A stretch of DNA of 63,225 nucleotides, filler included, from Corallochytrium limacisporum Hawaii (Eukaryota; Protista; Pluriformea): assembly GCA_002811645.1 (NCBI GenBank). It is 4 parts of 4 records of this genome, joined end to end, with 100 filler letters (N's around TTAATTAATTAA, not from the genome) between each part and the next. Parts side by side here need not be neighbours in the genome. Positions count along the whole stretch, not along the records: positions 1 to 29,241 come from PDIP01000122.1; 3 more parts are not named here. One strand, 5' to 3'. Shown here in pieces: positions 1-11,600 of this stretch (within the stretch, counting starts at the first letter, position 1; the number at the start of each line of letters is the position of its first letter). Made by a program: the position numbers and the translations under genes. The notes under the pieces are model-generated. The model saw nothing but the letters and a program-made list of their open reading frames with translations. It was not told the origin of the DNA and searched no databases.

Positions 1-616
1 CCCAAGCGACGGCAGAGCTAAATCAAAATGAGTAGATTTGATACAATATTCTCAGACAGAGGGTGGTACTAGGACAGCCGGGCCCCCAGATCCTCGCCAC
101 CTCTCGCGCCGGGGCCACTCAATCTTTGGACATCCCTTTTTATTCGACCCATCAGAGTATATCAATTCTGTTTCAGTTATTACTTGGTTTGCCAAGCAGT
201 GCAATGACTTCGAAATATTTCCGCAGACATTTACGTCCGCTGCTGCCAACCGCAAGAAAGTAAGCACGGAGAAAGATCTTTGGGCTGGGGACGTCGCATA
301 TCGGTTCCTCCTTTTGCTCCACCCCTGCGGAATCAGCACAGAATACTTACTCAAACCTCAACTCCGCTTACATTCGGCACCAACAACATGAAGGGCCTTT
401 CGATGGGCCAGTCTGAGATTGGTAGGAGATATCCCGTCCACCCGCAGTCCCATCGTGCGCGAGTTTGAGAAGTCAGGAATCTTGTCACATACAGATACTT
501 GAGCAACCTTATCTGTTCAAGTGGGCAGACTAAGTGCACTCAAAGAATCAGTCTGTTATATCGGCTTGATACTCGGGTCATTTTTTCGAATACTTTTCCT
601 GCACCTCACATTCATC

Positions 617-1441
617 ATGTTGCCATCTAAAGCCCGCCTCTTTACGAAGCTGGCCGCCTTCACCTTCATCCTGATGGTAACTGCTTTCATTCTATTCGCC
701 GTTGCGCTGGCTAGCGATAAAGTCATTCGCTTCTCCGTTAGAATCCCTGGCGACGATATCGTAACCAACATAGATACCGTCGGCACCATTGGTCCCTTCA
801 CTACATGCGTCGATGGCGAATGTGCCTCCCTCACTTGGGATTGCACAATCTTTCTCTATAACCCGACCCTGAGCATCTACATCGAGGTCACGGTCGCTGA
901 GGGTAGCACTTGTAGTGCATACCGTGGTATGCGTTCCACGGCTGTTCTGGCCACCATCTTTTCCGGTTTGGGTCTAATCTTCGGTGTTGGTTTTACTGAT
1001 CCGTCTTACATAAAAACCTTCTTCTTCGCAGTCGGTGCGAACTGTCTTTTGGCTGCCGCTTTCGGATGGGCTGCGGTCGGTACTGCGACAGCCCTGCATG
1101 ACGATGTAGGTATAGACGGAGAGCCCAAGGATTATGACGAAGGATTTGATCTGCTTGTTTCTGGTTCTGCCCTAATCACCGCCGCTCTTGCGTGTGTGTG
1201 CCTGTCTCCATTGGCTGCGAAGAAGGATCGACAGATAGAAGATCAGCGCATGCGGGAGGAAGCTGCTGCCAACGCCCCATATGTCCCTGAATACGAGAAG
1301 CAACAGCAAGCCTATGCTCCTCAGGGCGCAAACTACGCTCCTCAGGGCGCAAACTACGCTCCCCATGACTATGAGCCGCAGCCACCCGTTGAACAGGCCA
1401 ACCCCGCCGCAGACGTTGACGCCAGTGCTGCGGCCGCATAG
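617..1441 (+). CDS. Four-pass membrane protein of claudin/PMP22/SUR7-like architecture with a YAPQGAN-repeat tail
   Basis: ATG at 617; four hydrophobic segments; first loop has GPFTTCVDGEC, resembling the claudin-type G[LP][WF]xxC..C signature; C-terminal Pro/Gln/Tyr-rich tail. Confidence 0.6.
   Translation: MLPSKARLFTKLAAFTFILMVTAFILFAVALASDKVIRFSVRIPGDDIVTNIDTVGTIGPFTTCVDGECASLTWDCTIFLYNPTLSIYIEVTVAEGSTCSAYRGMRSTAVLATIFSGLGLIFGVGFTDPSYIKTFFFAVGANCLLAAAFGWAAVGTATALHDDVGIDGEPKDYDEGFDLLVSGSALITAALACVCLSPLAAKKDRQIEDQRMREEAAANAPYVPEYEKQQQAYAPQGANYAPQGANYAPHDYEPQPPVEQANPAADVDASAAAA
1313..1363 (+). repeat. In-frame 21-nt tandem repeat (about 2.4 copies) encoding YAPQGAN
   Basis: tatgctcctcagggcgcaaac / tacgctcctcagggcgcaaac / tacgctccc. 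Confidence 0.9.
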
Positions 1442-1706
1442 GCAGCTAGTCAACAACTGACAACTTATTGAACAAAACACTGTTCTACGGTATTAAAATC
1501 AAAAAAATAACAACCGATTCCCATCAACACGGTTATCAAGGCATGTCAATTCAAAAACTGACATTCAACACTAATCATATAATGGAGGGGGATATTTGAA
1601 GTGGGACAAGTCACAGGTAGGTCGCACAATACGGCTTGCGGGTAGTTTGAATTTCTTGACTTCTTCTCACTCCTCTGAGCTTTGTTGGTCGAGAACTGCA
1701 CTCTCT

Positions 1707-2519
1707 TTAACTCCAGTTTGCTTGCCAGTCAAGTTCATGACGCTCTGCTAGGAACTTCCCGTTTGGGCGAGATGCGTCGTTTGCCATCAAACACAGCCAA
1801 ATCGCCGTGTCCGCGCCTTCCTCAGCCGTACGGGGTGCTCGATCGCCAGCCATATCCGTTCGGCACCAACCAGGGCACATTACATTCACAGCAATACCCC
1901 TGGACGTGAAGCGCGGATCACGGGCAAGGACTCGGGTCAGGCCAATTTCCCCTGCCTTTGAGACACCATACGTCTGTCGTGGCCACCCCTTAGCTTCATA
2001 CGTACCATCAGCCACCGAACCAATGAATTGATTCATGAGTCCATCCAGTTGGTCAAGTGACAGATCATCACTGACAAACTGGCTCTGCAATTCCGGGGAC
2101 ATGCGAGTGAGCCTACCCGACCGGCTGCCAAGGTTTACAACATGACCCCCGTCTTTAATGACTGGGAGAAACTTTTCTGTAACATTCTTAGTGGCAAAGT
2201 AATTGGTGCCGATGGTGCCTCTGGCCACCTCTTCGTTAAATGCATCGCCCTTCCAGGCAATTCCAGCATTGTTGCAAAGAGTGTCGAGGTCGCCGTACTT
2301 TGACTTGATCTCACCCACAGCGCGGTCAATACTGGCGTTGTCCGTGATGTCGAGCTGCAGAAAGTCCACCTCCAGATTTTCCTGGCGCAGTTTCTCCTTC
2401 GCCTCAATTCCTAGGTCTGGGTTGCGCGCGGTCATAATCACCTGCACACCCTGCTTGGCTAAGCCACGGCAGATCTCATAGCCGATACCCTTGTTGCCTC
2501 CAGTTACAAGTACTTTCAT
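1707..2519 (-). CDS. CBR1: NADPH-dependent carbonyl reductase (CBR1-like SDR)
   Basis: VTGGNKGIG, NNAGIA, YGVSK catalytic motif, CPGWCRTDMAG, GADTAIWL; ATG at 2519. Confidence 0.9.
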   Translation of the reverse strand: MKVLVTGGNKGIGYEICRGLAKQGVQVIMTARNPDLGIEAKEKLRQENLEVDFLQLDITDNASIDRAVGEIKSKYGDLDTLCNNAGIAWKGDAFNEEVARGTIGTNYFATKNVTEKFLPVIKDGGHVVNLGSRSGRLTRMSPELQSQFVSDDLSLDQLDGLMNQFIGSVADGTYEAKGWPRQTYGVSKAGEIGLTRVLARDPRFTSRGIAVNVMCPGWCRTDMAGDRAPRTAEEGADTAIWLCLMANDASRPNGKFLAERHELDWQANWS

Positions 2520-3290
2520 GGTGCGCCTTCCAACATACGGTTTGGTATGTTTCAATGTCTACAGGGTTATCCAAATTTCACAGCACAGATGAATTAAGAG
2601 ATTTTCTACCCTTCTAGCAATTGTCACCCAGTGGACATTCAGTTGCATACCATGGCATTCGTAGTCTGCATATTCTGTCCATCTCAGCTGGCAGCCATTT
2701 CAATCCTCCCATCGTCCCCAGTCTCCCTTTCTTCCCCCGTTGGCCTGCAGTACACAAGCGGGGCTAGGAATGAAGCCCAATTCCCTGAGATGTTTTCTAA
2801 TCAGGAGACCAGCACCAAAGTGACTGGTTGGTCATCGCCCCTGGTCGTTCCCCTCCTCAGTCGCCTGCTTTCACCTCTACGCAACAGCCGATTTCCCCGA
2901 GTTTGGTCGCTTTTTGCGCGGTCGCATTTGGGTGTATCGCAATACACCCTCGCTTCGGAGGGAAGCGGAACCGAAGAGAAAAACACAGCCAGGCTCGTCC
3001 CGTCCCGTATCCCAACCTGAAGAGCGGCTCCCATCCGCCACCAATATCACTGGGTGCGGTGGATGGAGGGCCACCGCCACCACTGCCGCGTCAGGACTGG
3101 AGCCACGGGCGCGGGTAATCCGGAACCCAAAAGGCAGACCCGACGAATTTCTTGGATATATGTGTCTCTTTAGTTGAAAATCGCTGCCGTGGGTACTTAT
3201 TCTTCACTTTCTTTTAACCATTACAGGCAAATTCAGTTTGTAAACGTCAGTCGGATAGTAGTATGCTTCAGGCTTGTAGCTGATATCACA

Positions 3291-3890
3291 ATGTCAACTG
3301 CCTGGATCGTCGGTGCATCCGGTGCGCTAATCTACTGGTTTATCGGAGAGAACTATGGTCGACACAGTAGTTCTGCGACTGTGTCTAAGTCGTCTACTGA
3401 ACATGACCGAATTTCCCACAAAGCAGTGGTCTGGTCAGTCTCTGGGCTCCTGATCTTTGTCCCCGTACTCCTTCCATCGGTAACAGATCAGGGCTACATA
3501 GAGGTTGATCGCCAGTGGCTCGCTGTTGCTGCAGTTGTGATGAACGCCTGTATTTGGTGGCGTCTTTGGGCCATGCGTCATCTTGGTGAGTACTTCACCC
3601 GCGTCCTTAAGGTACAGTCACGTCAAAGAATCATCACTGACGGACCCTACCGCTTCTGTCGGCACCCGGGATACCTCTCAAACATGGTCCTGCACCCAGT
3701 TGCCGTTCTATTGATCTCTCGGAATGTCTATTTCACCCTTTTTGCAACTGCAATCTTCTTCGCTGTGTGGGTGCATCGGATTTCGGACGAGGAGAAAATG
3801 CTGCGCACGGACAGAAAGTTGGGCAAAGAGTACCGGGCATATGCCGAAAGAGTGCCAGTTCTCGTTCCGTACTGCTGGCTCTTCGGTTGA
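3291..3890 (+). CDS. Isoprenylcysteine carboxyl methyltransferase/PEMT-family integral membrane methyltransferase
   Basis: LGEYFT, TDGPYRFCRHPGY, RISDEEKML, EYRAYAERVP motifs with several TM helices. Confidence 0.8.
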   Translation: MSTAWIVGASGALIYWFIGENYGRHSSSATVSKSSTEHDRISHKAVVWSVSGLLIFVPVLLPSVTDQGYIEVDRQWLAVAAVVMNACIWWRLWAMRHLGEYFTRVLKVQSRQRIITDGPYRFCRHPGYLSNMVLHPVAVLLISRNVYFTLFATAIFFAVWVHRISDEEKMLRTDRKLGKEYRAYAERVPVLVPYCWLFG

Positions 3891-3985
3891 TACAGTTTCG
3901 AACACATCCTACGGAGCTCGAATGCTCTGTATTGATTTCTTGGATTGGCTGCTAGTATGTTTTACCCAATTTGATTGCTTTAGTC

Positions 3986-4930
3986 TCAAACAGCTGAAGC
4001 CATGCTCTTCGGCATCGGCACCCCGGCGTCATCGGCCAAAGGCACGTTGTGCTGCAAGGCTGGCATTTCAGGCTCAACACCGGATGGAGGTGGTGGCGGC
4101 ACGATTGGGCTTGTTTCTGTAGTGGTCGTTTGCGGTGCTACTTCGGACCTGGTTGGAACTAGCGCTTCTGCAGAGGCAGCTCCTACCCCGGGGCCTGCCG
4201 TAGGGGCAGAGGTGGGCACAGAACCTGCTTCACTCGCTCTCCTGATGTCCTCCAAGGCCTTTTGTTGGTCTGGGATGGAGACGCGCAACGGGGTCTTGTC
4301 TTTGGGAATGCGATGAAGGTAGCCAAAAGCAATTGCACAGCCGAGCACACCCGGGCCGCCCCACTCTTCGTCCGGGATCAGGCGGACTTCCCGGATTGAG
4401 CGGCGGTCGCTGTTGTAGACGTAGAGACGCATTGTCTGTCCGAGACTATCATGCGCGTAGTCGTAGAAATCGCTTTCCTGCAGAAGTGCGTAGTCTGGTG
4501 ACCCAATGATGTAGTCACTGTGGGGCACAAGACCGGCCTTGGAGGCCGGTGACAGCGCACTGACGTCGAGGACGTGCCAAATGTTCTCATTAGCGTGCTC
4601 GAAGTTGCAAAAGCGCACGCTAACGCCAAGCAGACCCGATCCGCCCCATTTGCCATTTGGTACTACACCGACACTGCGGAAGTCTTGACTTCGACTGTTG
4701 TACAGAACCAGCTGACATACATTACCTACATTGGCTTCCAGCTCACGAATTAGTGTATCGTTTTCCTGATCCAAGCGCTTATTATTGATGCCCGTGATGA
4801 AATCGAAGTAAGCTTCTATCCCGCACAGCTCCCCCGGTGAGTTCTTGGTGACTCCCAGGACATGGTATGCTGAGGTGTCCTCAAATTCATATTCGACATC
4901 TTCTACTTCTGTCGACTGCTCCGCTCCCAT
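3986..4930 (-). CDS. GORASP2: Golgi reassembly-stacking protein GRASP55/65
   Basis: N-terminal MGAEQS myristoylation motif; tandem PDZ-like domains (YHVLGV, WGGSGLLGVSVRFC, WHVLDV, WGGPGVLGCAIAFGYLHRIP); Pro-rich tail. Confidence 0.93.
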   Translation of the reverse strand: MGAEQSTEVEDVEYEFEDTSAYHVLGVTKNSPGELCGIEAYFDFITGINNKRLDQENDTLIRELEANVGNVCQLVLYNSRSQDFRSVGVVPNGKWGGSGLLGVSVRFCNFEHANENIWHVLDVSALSPASKAGLVPHSDYIIGSPDYALLQESDFYDYAHDSLGQTMRLYVYNSDRRSIREVRLIPDEEWGGPGVLGCAIAFGYLHRIPKDKTPLRVSIPDQQKALEDIRRASEAGSVPTSAPTAGPGVGAASAEALVPTRSEVAPQTTTTETSPIVPPPPPSGVEPEMPALQHNVPLADDAGVPMPKSMASAV

Positions 4931-5692
4931 TGTGACTTAGACGTGTTTCTACGGGTCTTATAGGTCAAATCGCAGGAGTCCCGTGCTCTCTATGTTTCAT
5001 GATCCATCGAACAGCGCAGCCTCTTGCACCTTGGTTCCAGTTTTGTGCTTTACAGAGCCCTTCAACATAGAAAATGCATTCAAGTACCCGAAGTCTAAAG
5101 CCACTTGCGGGAAAGTATGCCACCTTCTCTCGCACAGCACCCAACTCTCCCGTCTCCCACAACAATCAAAGGTAACGGGAGCCAGCAACGGCAACTGAAC
5201 CCCTACCCTTCCGAGCCGCCTTAGCGCGCCAAAAGTTTTGATGTTTTCCTCCAGGCCAAGTCCACCAACCCCCCCCCACCCGGTCACTTAAGCCAGTAGC
5301 CCAATACAACTGGGTAGCAAACGGTTCACCGGCGACCCCTTTTCTCCCCCTACCGTCCCCCAAGGCAATCTGGAGCCACGAGCGTGCCCATGGTGCACTG
5401 GTAATGCTGCGCTGGTGAAAGGCACTGACTCTCTGAGAGTTCCGTATAGTCTGTCATCTTTCAGACACTGTATGTATCGAAGAAGATGTGCGATGATGTC
5501 ATTGTGAACTTTGCAAGGTATTCAAACTCCGCAGAATCATGTTCCAGGAACCAGAGTGATAACAGTGAATAGACAGGTCCCATATGTGATCACATGTAAA
5601 CATACATCATACTCGTTCGCTATTGGAGGGTGTGCTCACTGTCCAATCATGACGTAAAGGGAACATAATCTGCATGTAAAGAATATTACACC

Positions 5693-8600
5693 ATGGCGTC
5701 CAACCCCGCTGGGCTGAGAAGGGTCCATTTCGGACCCGATGTGACCCATCAGCTCAAGGATTTTGTTCCCTCTGCCGGCGATGCTCTTGGTGGTCCACAG
5801 ACGGCGAAGCAGGCAGTCACAGCTGCAGCCACAGGTACAACCGTGATGTCGCGGTCAAAGACATATTTGCCTGCTCCGACAGTACCGCTACCGACACGGC
5901 CTGCAGATATTCAAGTGGACTCTTTTGCGGGTCTGCATGACGTGTTGCTTGCATCCCTGGAACCCGGGACACAAGTCACAACCACAGCGCTAGAGAAAGC
6001 GGTGCAGGAATATGAGCCCGCTCTAATGGAAGGGCTTAGTTTTTTTAAATCACTGGAAGCAGAGACAGACCGCGGGAAAGAATTAGACAGGGGAGCCGAT
6101 CTACTGAAGAAAACTTTGGCATCACTAGACGAGCGTGATCGACCCGTGCTCAGCTGGGACTACTTCAGGAGATTCACAGCAGATTTGGCCCTTAGTTTGG
6201 ACCTCTCTATCCCACAAGCTCTGAAACTTGCTACGCAATATGCAGCAGACGCTGTACGGGGTCCGAACGCGACGGCTGAATTCGAACCGATCTCGAGCAC
6301 ATTCCGAAAACATCTGATGCGTTGCCAGGACATTCACTTCCAGGAGCGTCTTAGTCTGCTGCGGTGCATTAATTTGGCTCTGTCAGTGCAGCAGAACCAG
6401 AGCCCAGACACATCAGCTGAGGAGGAATCTGCCAATCAGAATCTTCTGCTGCAGCTCCAATCACGAATGCTGGAGCAGGATCTGCCGGGTACGGTAATCA
6501 CAATGCTCGAGTCCAGCTGTGACGGCAAGCTTAGGCCCAAAACCATTGACTTTGAGAGTGAGAGTCCACGTGCCATAGAAGAACGTTACCGTCATGAATA
6601 TCACGAAGTTTACGAACGGTTTGAGATTCTCAGTGCAGGCTTTGCATGTTTTTTGCCTGGCGCTATGTGGCAGAAGGATGCCAACGTCGCATTGCATGCG
6701 AGAGCCTTTACGGTGCTGCTGCAGAATGACTACGGGTGTCGGGGTGTCCGCCGCTCCACAGAGGTACCCCTTCGTGCCATTGGTCAGCAGATTGTTTTTT
6801 CTTTGGCATCGGTAAGTGCTCTTCCCGATTCCCTGGCGTATATTCGTGGTGTCAGCAACTCTGATGACGATCAGAAGGATACTGATACGGTGATTAAGGT
6901 TCAGGAAGCTATGGAAGCGGCATTGAATGAAGCGGGAGGCAGCACAGAACCGCTGGTGATATTGGTGATCAATTTGGCGGGCCTGTGTCGGTCGGAACTT
7001 CGCGGTGGTAACAACGTCGGAGAAATTTTAGACATGATTTCCTTGGCTGATGAATTGGGTGCACTACGTGACTTGGTCGGTATGATCGACAGTTTGCGCG
7101 AAAACAAAACCAGTACTTCGTGGCACTACGTGCAGTACCGATTGCTCTGTCGGGATGTTTTTCAGAAGCAATGGGCTACCATGGTGCGGTACCTCGATGA
7201 CACGCAGTTCCAGTCGGAGGCGGAGACGTACGTGCGGCTATTTGACATTGTGTATAAAGAGTGTGGTCAAGCGTGTGATGCCTTCTGGGAATCTCAGGCC
7301 ACCGTGAATTGTTACACAATCTTCGTGAAGCGCCTCCGCATTTTGCTCGATGACGGTGATGTACTGACTGTTCTCCTTAGTACAATTGCCACTATTTGCC
7401 AGACAGCTCTATCTGTGGATGCCGTGGTGACGTGGATTCTGCAACCGTCGTATTTCTTTCCAGGGTCTAGTTTTGAGGAACTGAGCCTGTGGCAGGTCAT
7501 GATTCTGGTGCTGCGGCGATCGCTAACCCACGCATCCTTGCCTCGTATCGACCGTACAGTGGACCCGGCGTTGGACATCTTGGGTCAAATCTTTGGCTTT
7601 CTGGACTGGGATAGGTTGGGCGAACTCATACAGGAGATGGCTGAGCTAAGGACTGAGATTGATGACCCACTCTTACATAGTTTGGGAGCTGTCCAAAGAC
7701 GTCTATTTAACAGTCAGACCAATGAGGACAACGTTGGTACAGAGGACGACTATCCGGGGGCACCGGGTAAAGGCACCCACATATCACAGTTGTTGGCGTC
7801 GCTTCTGCAGCGGTCTCTCGCGACCAACCGCGGGACCCGCGCTCTGCGTTGTTTGCAGGCGCTGACGGACCTGCTTCCAATGCTCTATGGACAGACCATG
7901 CTTTCCCTCGGCAGTACCGGGCTTATGCCCAAGGTGAGCGGAAGTTATGACAATCTGGTGGTTGTCGATGACGGTGGTCTGGGCAAAGTGGTCGCGCTTG
8001 ATATTGAGCAAGGTTCTTTCTCGTGCACTCTGCAGTTCCTGTATCTAGTGAACCGAATGATCAGACTCTGGATTATGGAACGACAGGACAAGGCCAGTCA
8101 GATGTATGTCGACAGTGGAGAAGGGTCATCCCGTGGATCTAAGCGAGCACGCTTGGTGGACGACTACAACGAAGGTCTCATTCGTCGCGCAGTGATCGGG
8201 GGCGTGGCCCATTTAATTTTGCCCTCCTGGACCGTATGGTCTTTCTCCACCCTGAGCCAGCGATACCAGGTAGCTTCGGCTTGCGTTGACATTCTAGAAC
8301 AATTGAGCACAACGCCGCAGAGTATTCGCAGAGGATCAGAAATCATTGCCGAATTCGACTACACAGTGGAGTACCATGCCAGCGTCCACACGTTCATCCA
8401 AGATCTCCTGGCGAATGCTACGGCGTTGTGGTCATACTTCCAGGGATCCATGCGAGAGGTTGAGGCAGACGATGCACAGTCCATGATTGAAAAGGTCTGC
8501 GTCATACTCACTACCCAACTTCGGCGCCGCTCCCTAGATCATCACCTGCTTCGTATTTTGTCCCAGTCGTTCGTAAGGCTGAAATCTTCAGTCGGAGATC

Positions 8601-11600
8601 CCACAAACGTTGTGCTAGCGGACGCAGCCGGTGGCGATGCAATGGATGCGTACGAGGATTACATCCAGGTTACCGCGGCCGTACCGACACTGCTTGCACA
8701 TGAAACAACGCCTAGTGCCATAACGTGCACCCTAAATCTAATGCGTGAGATTTGTATAGTTGCCGCGGAGTCAATGAACAGTTCACTTAGCCTGCGATCC
8801 CTTATTGGCTTTAGTGACCGGCATAGATCACTGCTCTTCAAGCGGCTGACTGACTCCGCAGAATCACTTGACGTCAAGCGCGATATTGCCAACTTTGTGT
8901 CTACGGTAATTGACTTGCAGCCGGAGTTTGGTCTGTTCATGATCGATAGCAAGCGATCCACAGGCGCGGTCACATTCGGGAGCAAAGGTGGCAGTGCGCT
9001 CACTTTGACACCTTCCAAGAAAGAGGATTCTACCACGTCCGAGAAAGACGCTCTCCACGAGTCCATGCCAATGTCGGTGTTCATGGCCTACCTTTCACAG
9101 ATGGCAGACATGGATAACTATACTTGGGACGAGTACAAATATCTTCTCGCCTGCCTCAACATTCTGGTCAGCCTGTGGCGCTTTGGAACGCCCTATGTAC
9201 ACATTATCACAGCGGTCAAAGAGAATTACCCGCTCTGGAAGCTCCTTAGTAAGTATGTGGAAAAGGCCAGGGGTCTTCTTGAGGAGCGTCCCCAGGAGAC
9301 CTTCGAATTGCTCTCACAGGTTTATTCCCTCGTCGGTCTTGAGATATACTACTACATTGGAGAGGTTGACGCTGAGTTCTCTGACTTGTGTGTCAAGCTG
9401 ATGGATTGTGCGTGGGTAGTCGACACGGCAGATATGGGCTTCTATTTGGAAGAACACTGTGCGCAACAGTTTGCGGACGCCCTGGCGGTCTTTGCGTTGA
9501 ACTGCCTCACGTCCCAGAACGATAAGCTGCAGAGGCGCTGTTGTCAGCACCTTGGTGCCCTAGCAACAGTCGCAGACATTAGCAAGGACGTGTTTGGTGT
9601 CATTGTCACCCGCAGCTACGCCTCGAACGCCTTTGATGACACCCCGGGCGAGTTCCGTGAGCACCTCATTCCCTCACCAACACCCAACTCTGCACTTCTT
9701 GAGGAAAGCTGCCTTGCCCACCACACGTACTTCCTGGCGACTATTCTACGAGACGACGAAGGCTTCGTGCGCAGCTGCGAGAAGAGTGAGCATCTGAAGT
9801 CAACCAGCCGCCAGGCCTTTGTGGAGATTCTGCGGCAACCGAACTATGAGAGCCGACTACCGCCAGAGGTAATTTCCACGGCGTACACTGCGCTCATCGC
9901 AGATCTGTCGCATGTTATGCGCCGGTCTACCCGGTCTTCCAGCGGAGGTGCTCGTTGGCTGGCCGAGGAGGCCATGGCGGACTCGCAGATGGCCGGCTCT
10001 ATCTTTGCGCGGGTGGTAAGCTCTCTCCTACACCACTGGCTTCCTGCAATTTTCTCAGTGCTCGCGGATGCCGACAATGGCAAAGGTGCCAACGGGGTCA
10101 AAAAGCCTTCTGCCCTGGGACCTGCCGAGGACCTGAGTACGCACCCAGAGCACCGCAAACTCGTTCACGTCTTTGAGTCGAGCATTCATTTGCTGACAAA
10201 GGTCATATCCTTTTCACAGCTGCGCAGTGTGGGTACGCACGAATTGCCTCAGGCCGAGTTTAAGGCCTTGACTCTGGCCGCTACGGAACTGTTCAGTAAC
10301 CTTATGGCCATGGACCGTTCGCAGACATCCCTGGCACTAACTGTGCAGAACCTGATGGCGAGTTTGGCGCTGACACAGAACTCTTGTGCTGAGCTGGCGA
10401 CCGGTGATGCCATCCCTTCAATGGCGCTTTCTCTGCATGATGCCATCAAGCGTAACTTCATCGCCCGCCAGCAGCAACAGCTATCACAGGGACAAGGCGG
10501 TAGTACGGCCACCGTGGATGGCTATGCCAGCGTGGTTGGCGCGAGCACATTGATGGGATCTACTGCACCAATGACCGTGCAGAACCGTGACCTGTATATT
10601 GTTCCGTACACGCAAATCAGTCAGGCCAATGATTACCACTTGCTCTGGTGCAAACTGCTTGATATCCTTAGTCTCATGCTCGAGACCCTTGGCGAGCTGC
10701 ATGATTTTGTCAGCACAGCAGTCAAAGTTCTGGATCTCTTCCGCTGGCAAGTTGTGTATTCACTTCAGCATTTCAGCCGCAGCCGTACCGCTGTGACCTT
10801 GCGTCATGCTTCAGAAGTTCGGCTCATTTCGGTCTTCGTTCTGCAATTGTCGCGCCACTATCGGGCATGGCGCCTGAAGAGCGCCAGTGGCAGCGATGAG
10901 AACGATGCCGATGCAATTATTAATCTGACTCGCATGGCAGCGCACAAGTACGCATACCTCGTCTCCCGTGACTACCTGTTGGTGCAACATACGCGTGCCG
11001 TGACGCACTTTGAGAAGTCGATGGCGGCCAAGGAGCACACCTACGCTGAGCCCGCCATTTCCACTGCACCCGGGGGAAAGTCGGGTCATGCTGCGGCCAC
11101 GACACACCTCGAACTAACTGAGGCAGGCGATTTGCACACATCCCGATCCGTTGACCGACGGTCCTCGATCATCTCTTTGCCGCGGTCGGACTCGGTGAGC
11201 GGGTCCGCCACTGCAGCGTCGGCGGCCGCGCAACGAAAGACAACGACGCGTAATCGCCTCGTTAGCGCCGTGGAAAGCCATCTAGTGCAATGCGTGTTCA
11301 ACGTCGTCGCCATGCTAGGTCAACTGACCCCGGGACTCCCTCAAGTAGTGCTGGATCCTCCTGCCTACTCGTTCATAGTTCACATGGGTGCCAAGCAGCG
11401 TGAGGCAGGGGTACCGCTGTTCAAGTCGCTGCTAACCTTTCAAATTTTAAGCTGGACACTCCTGCAACGGCGTCGATCCCTCGCCGGAATAGTCGATATT
11501 ACCGGCGATGAAGGTGACGGGGACTGTGTACGGCGTGGCCCTTCGGACAGTAACGATGATGATGACCGCAGTGGTGCGAAAGACATCGAAGATGACCGCC

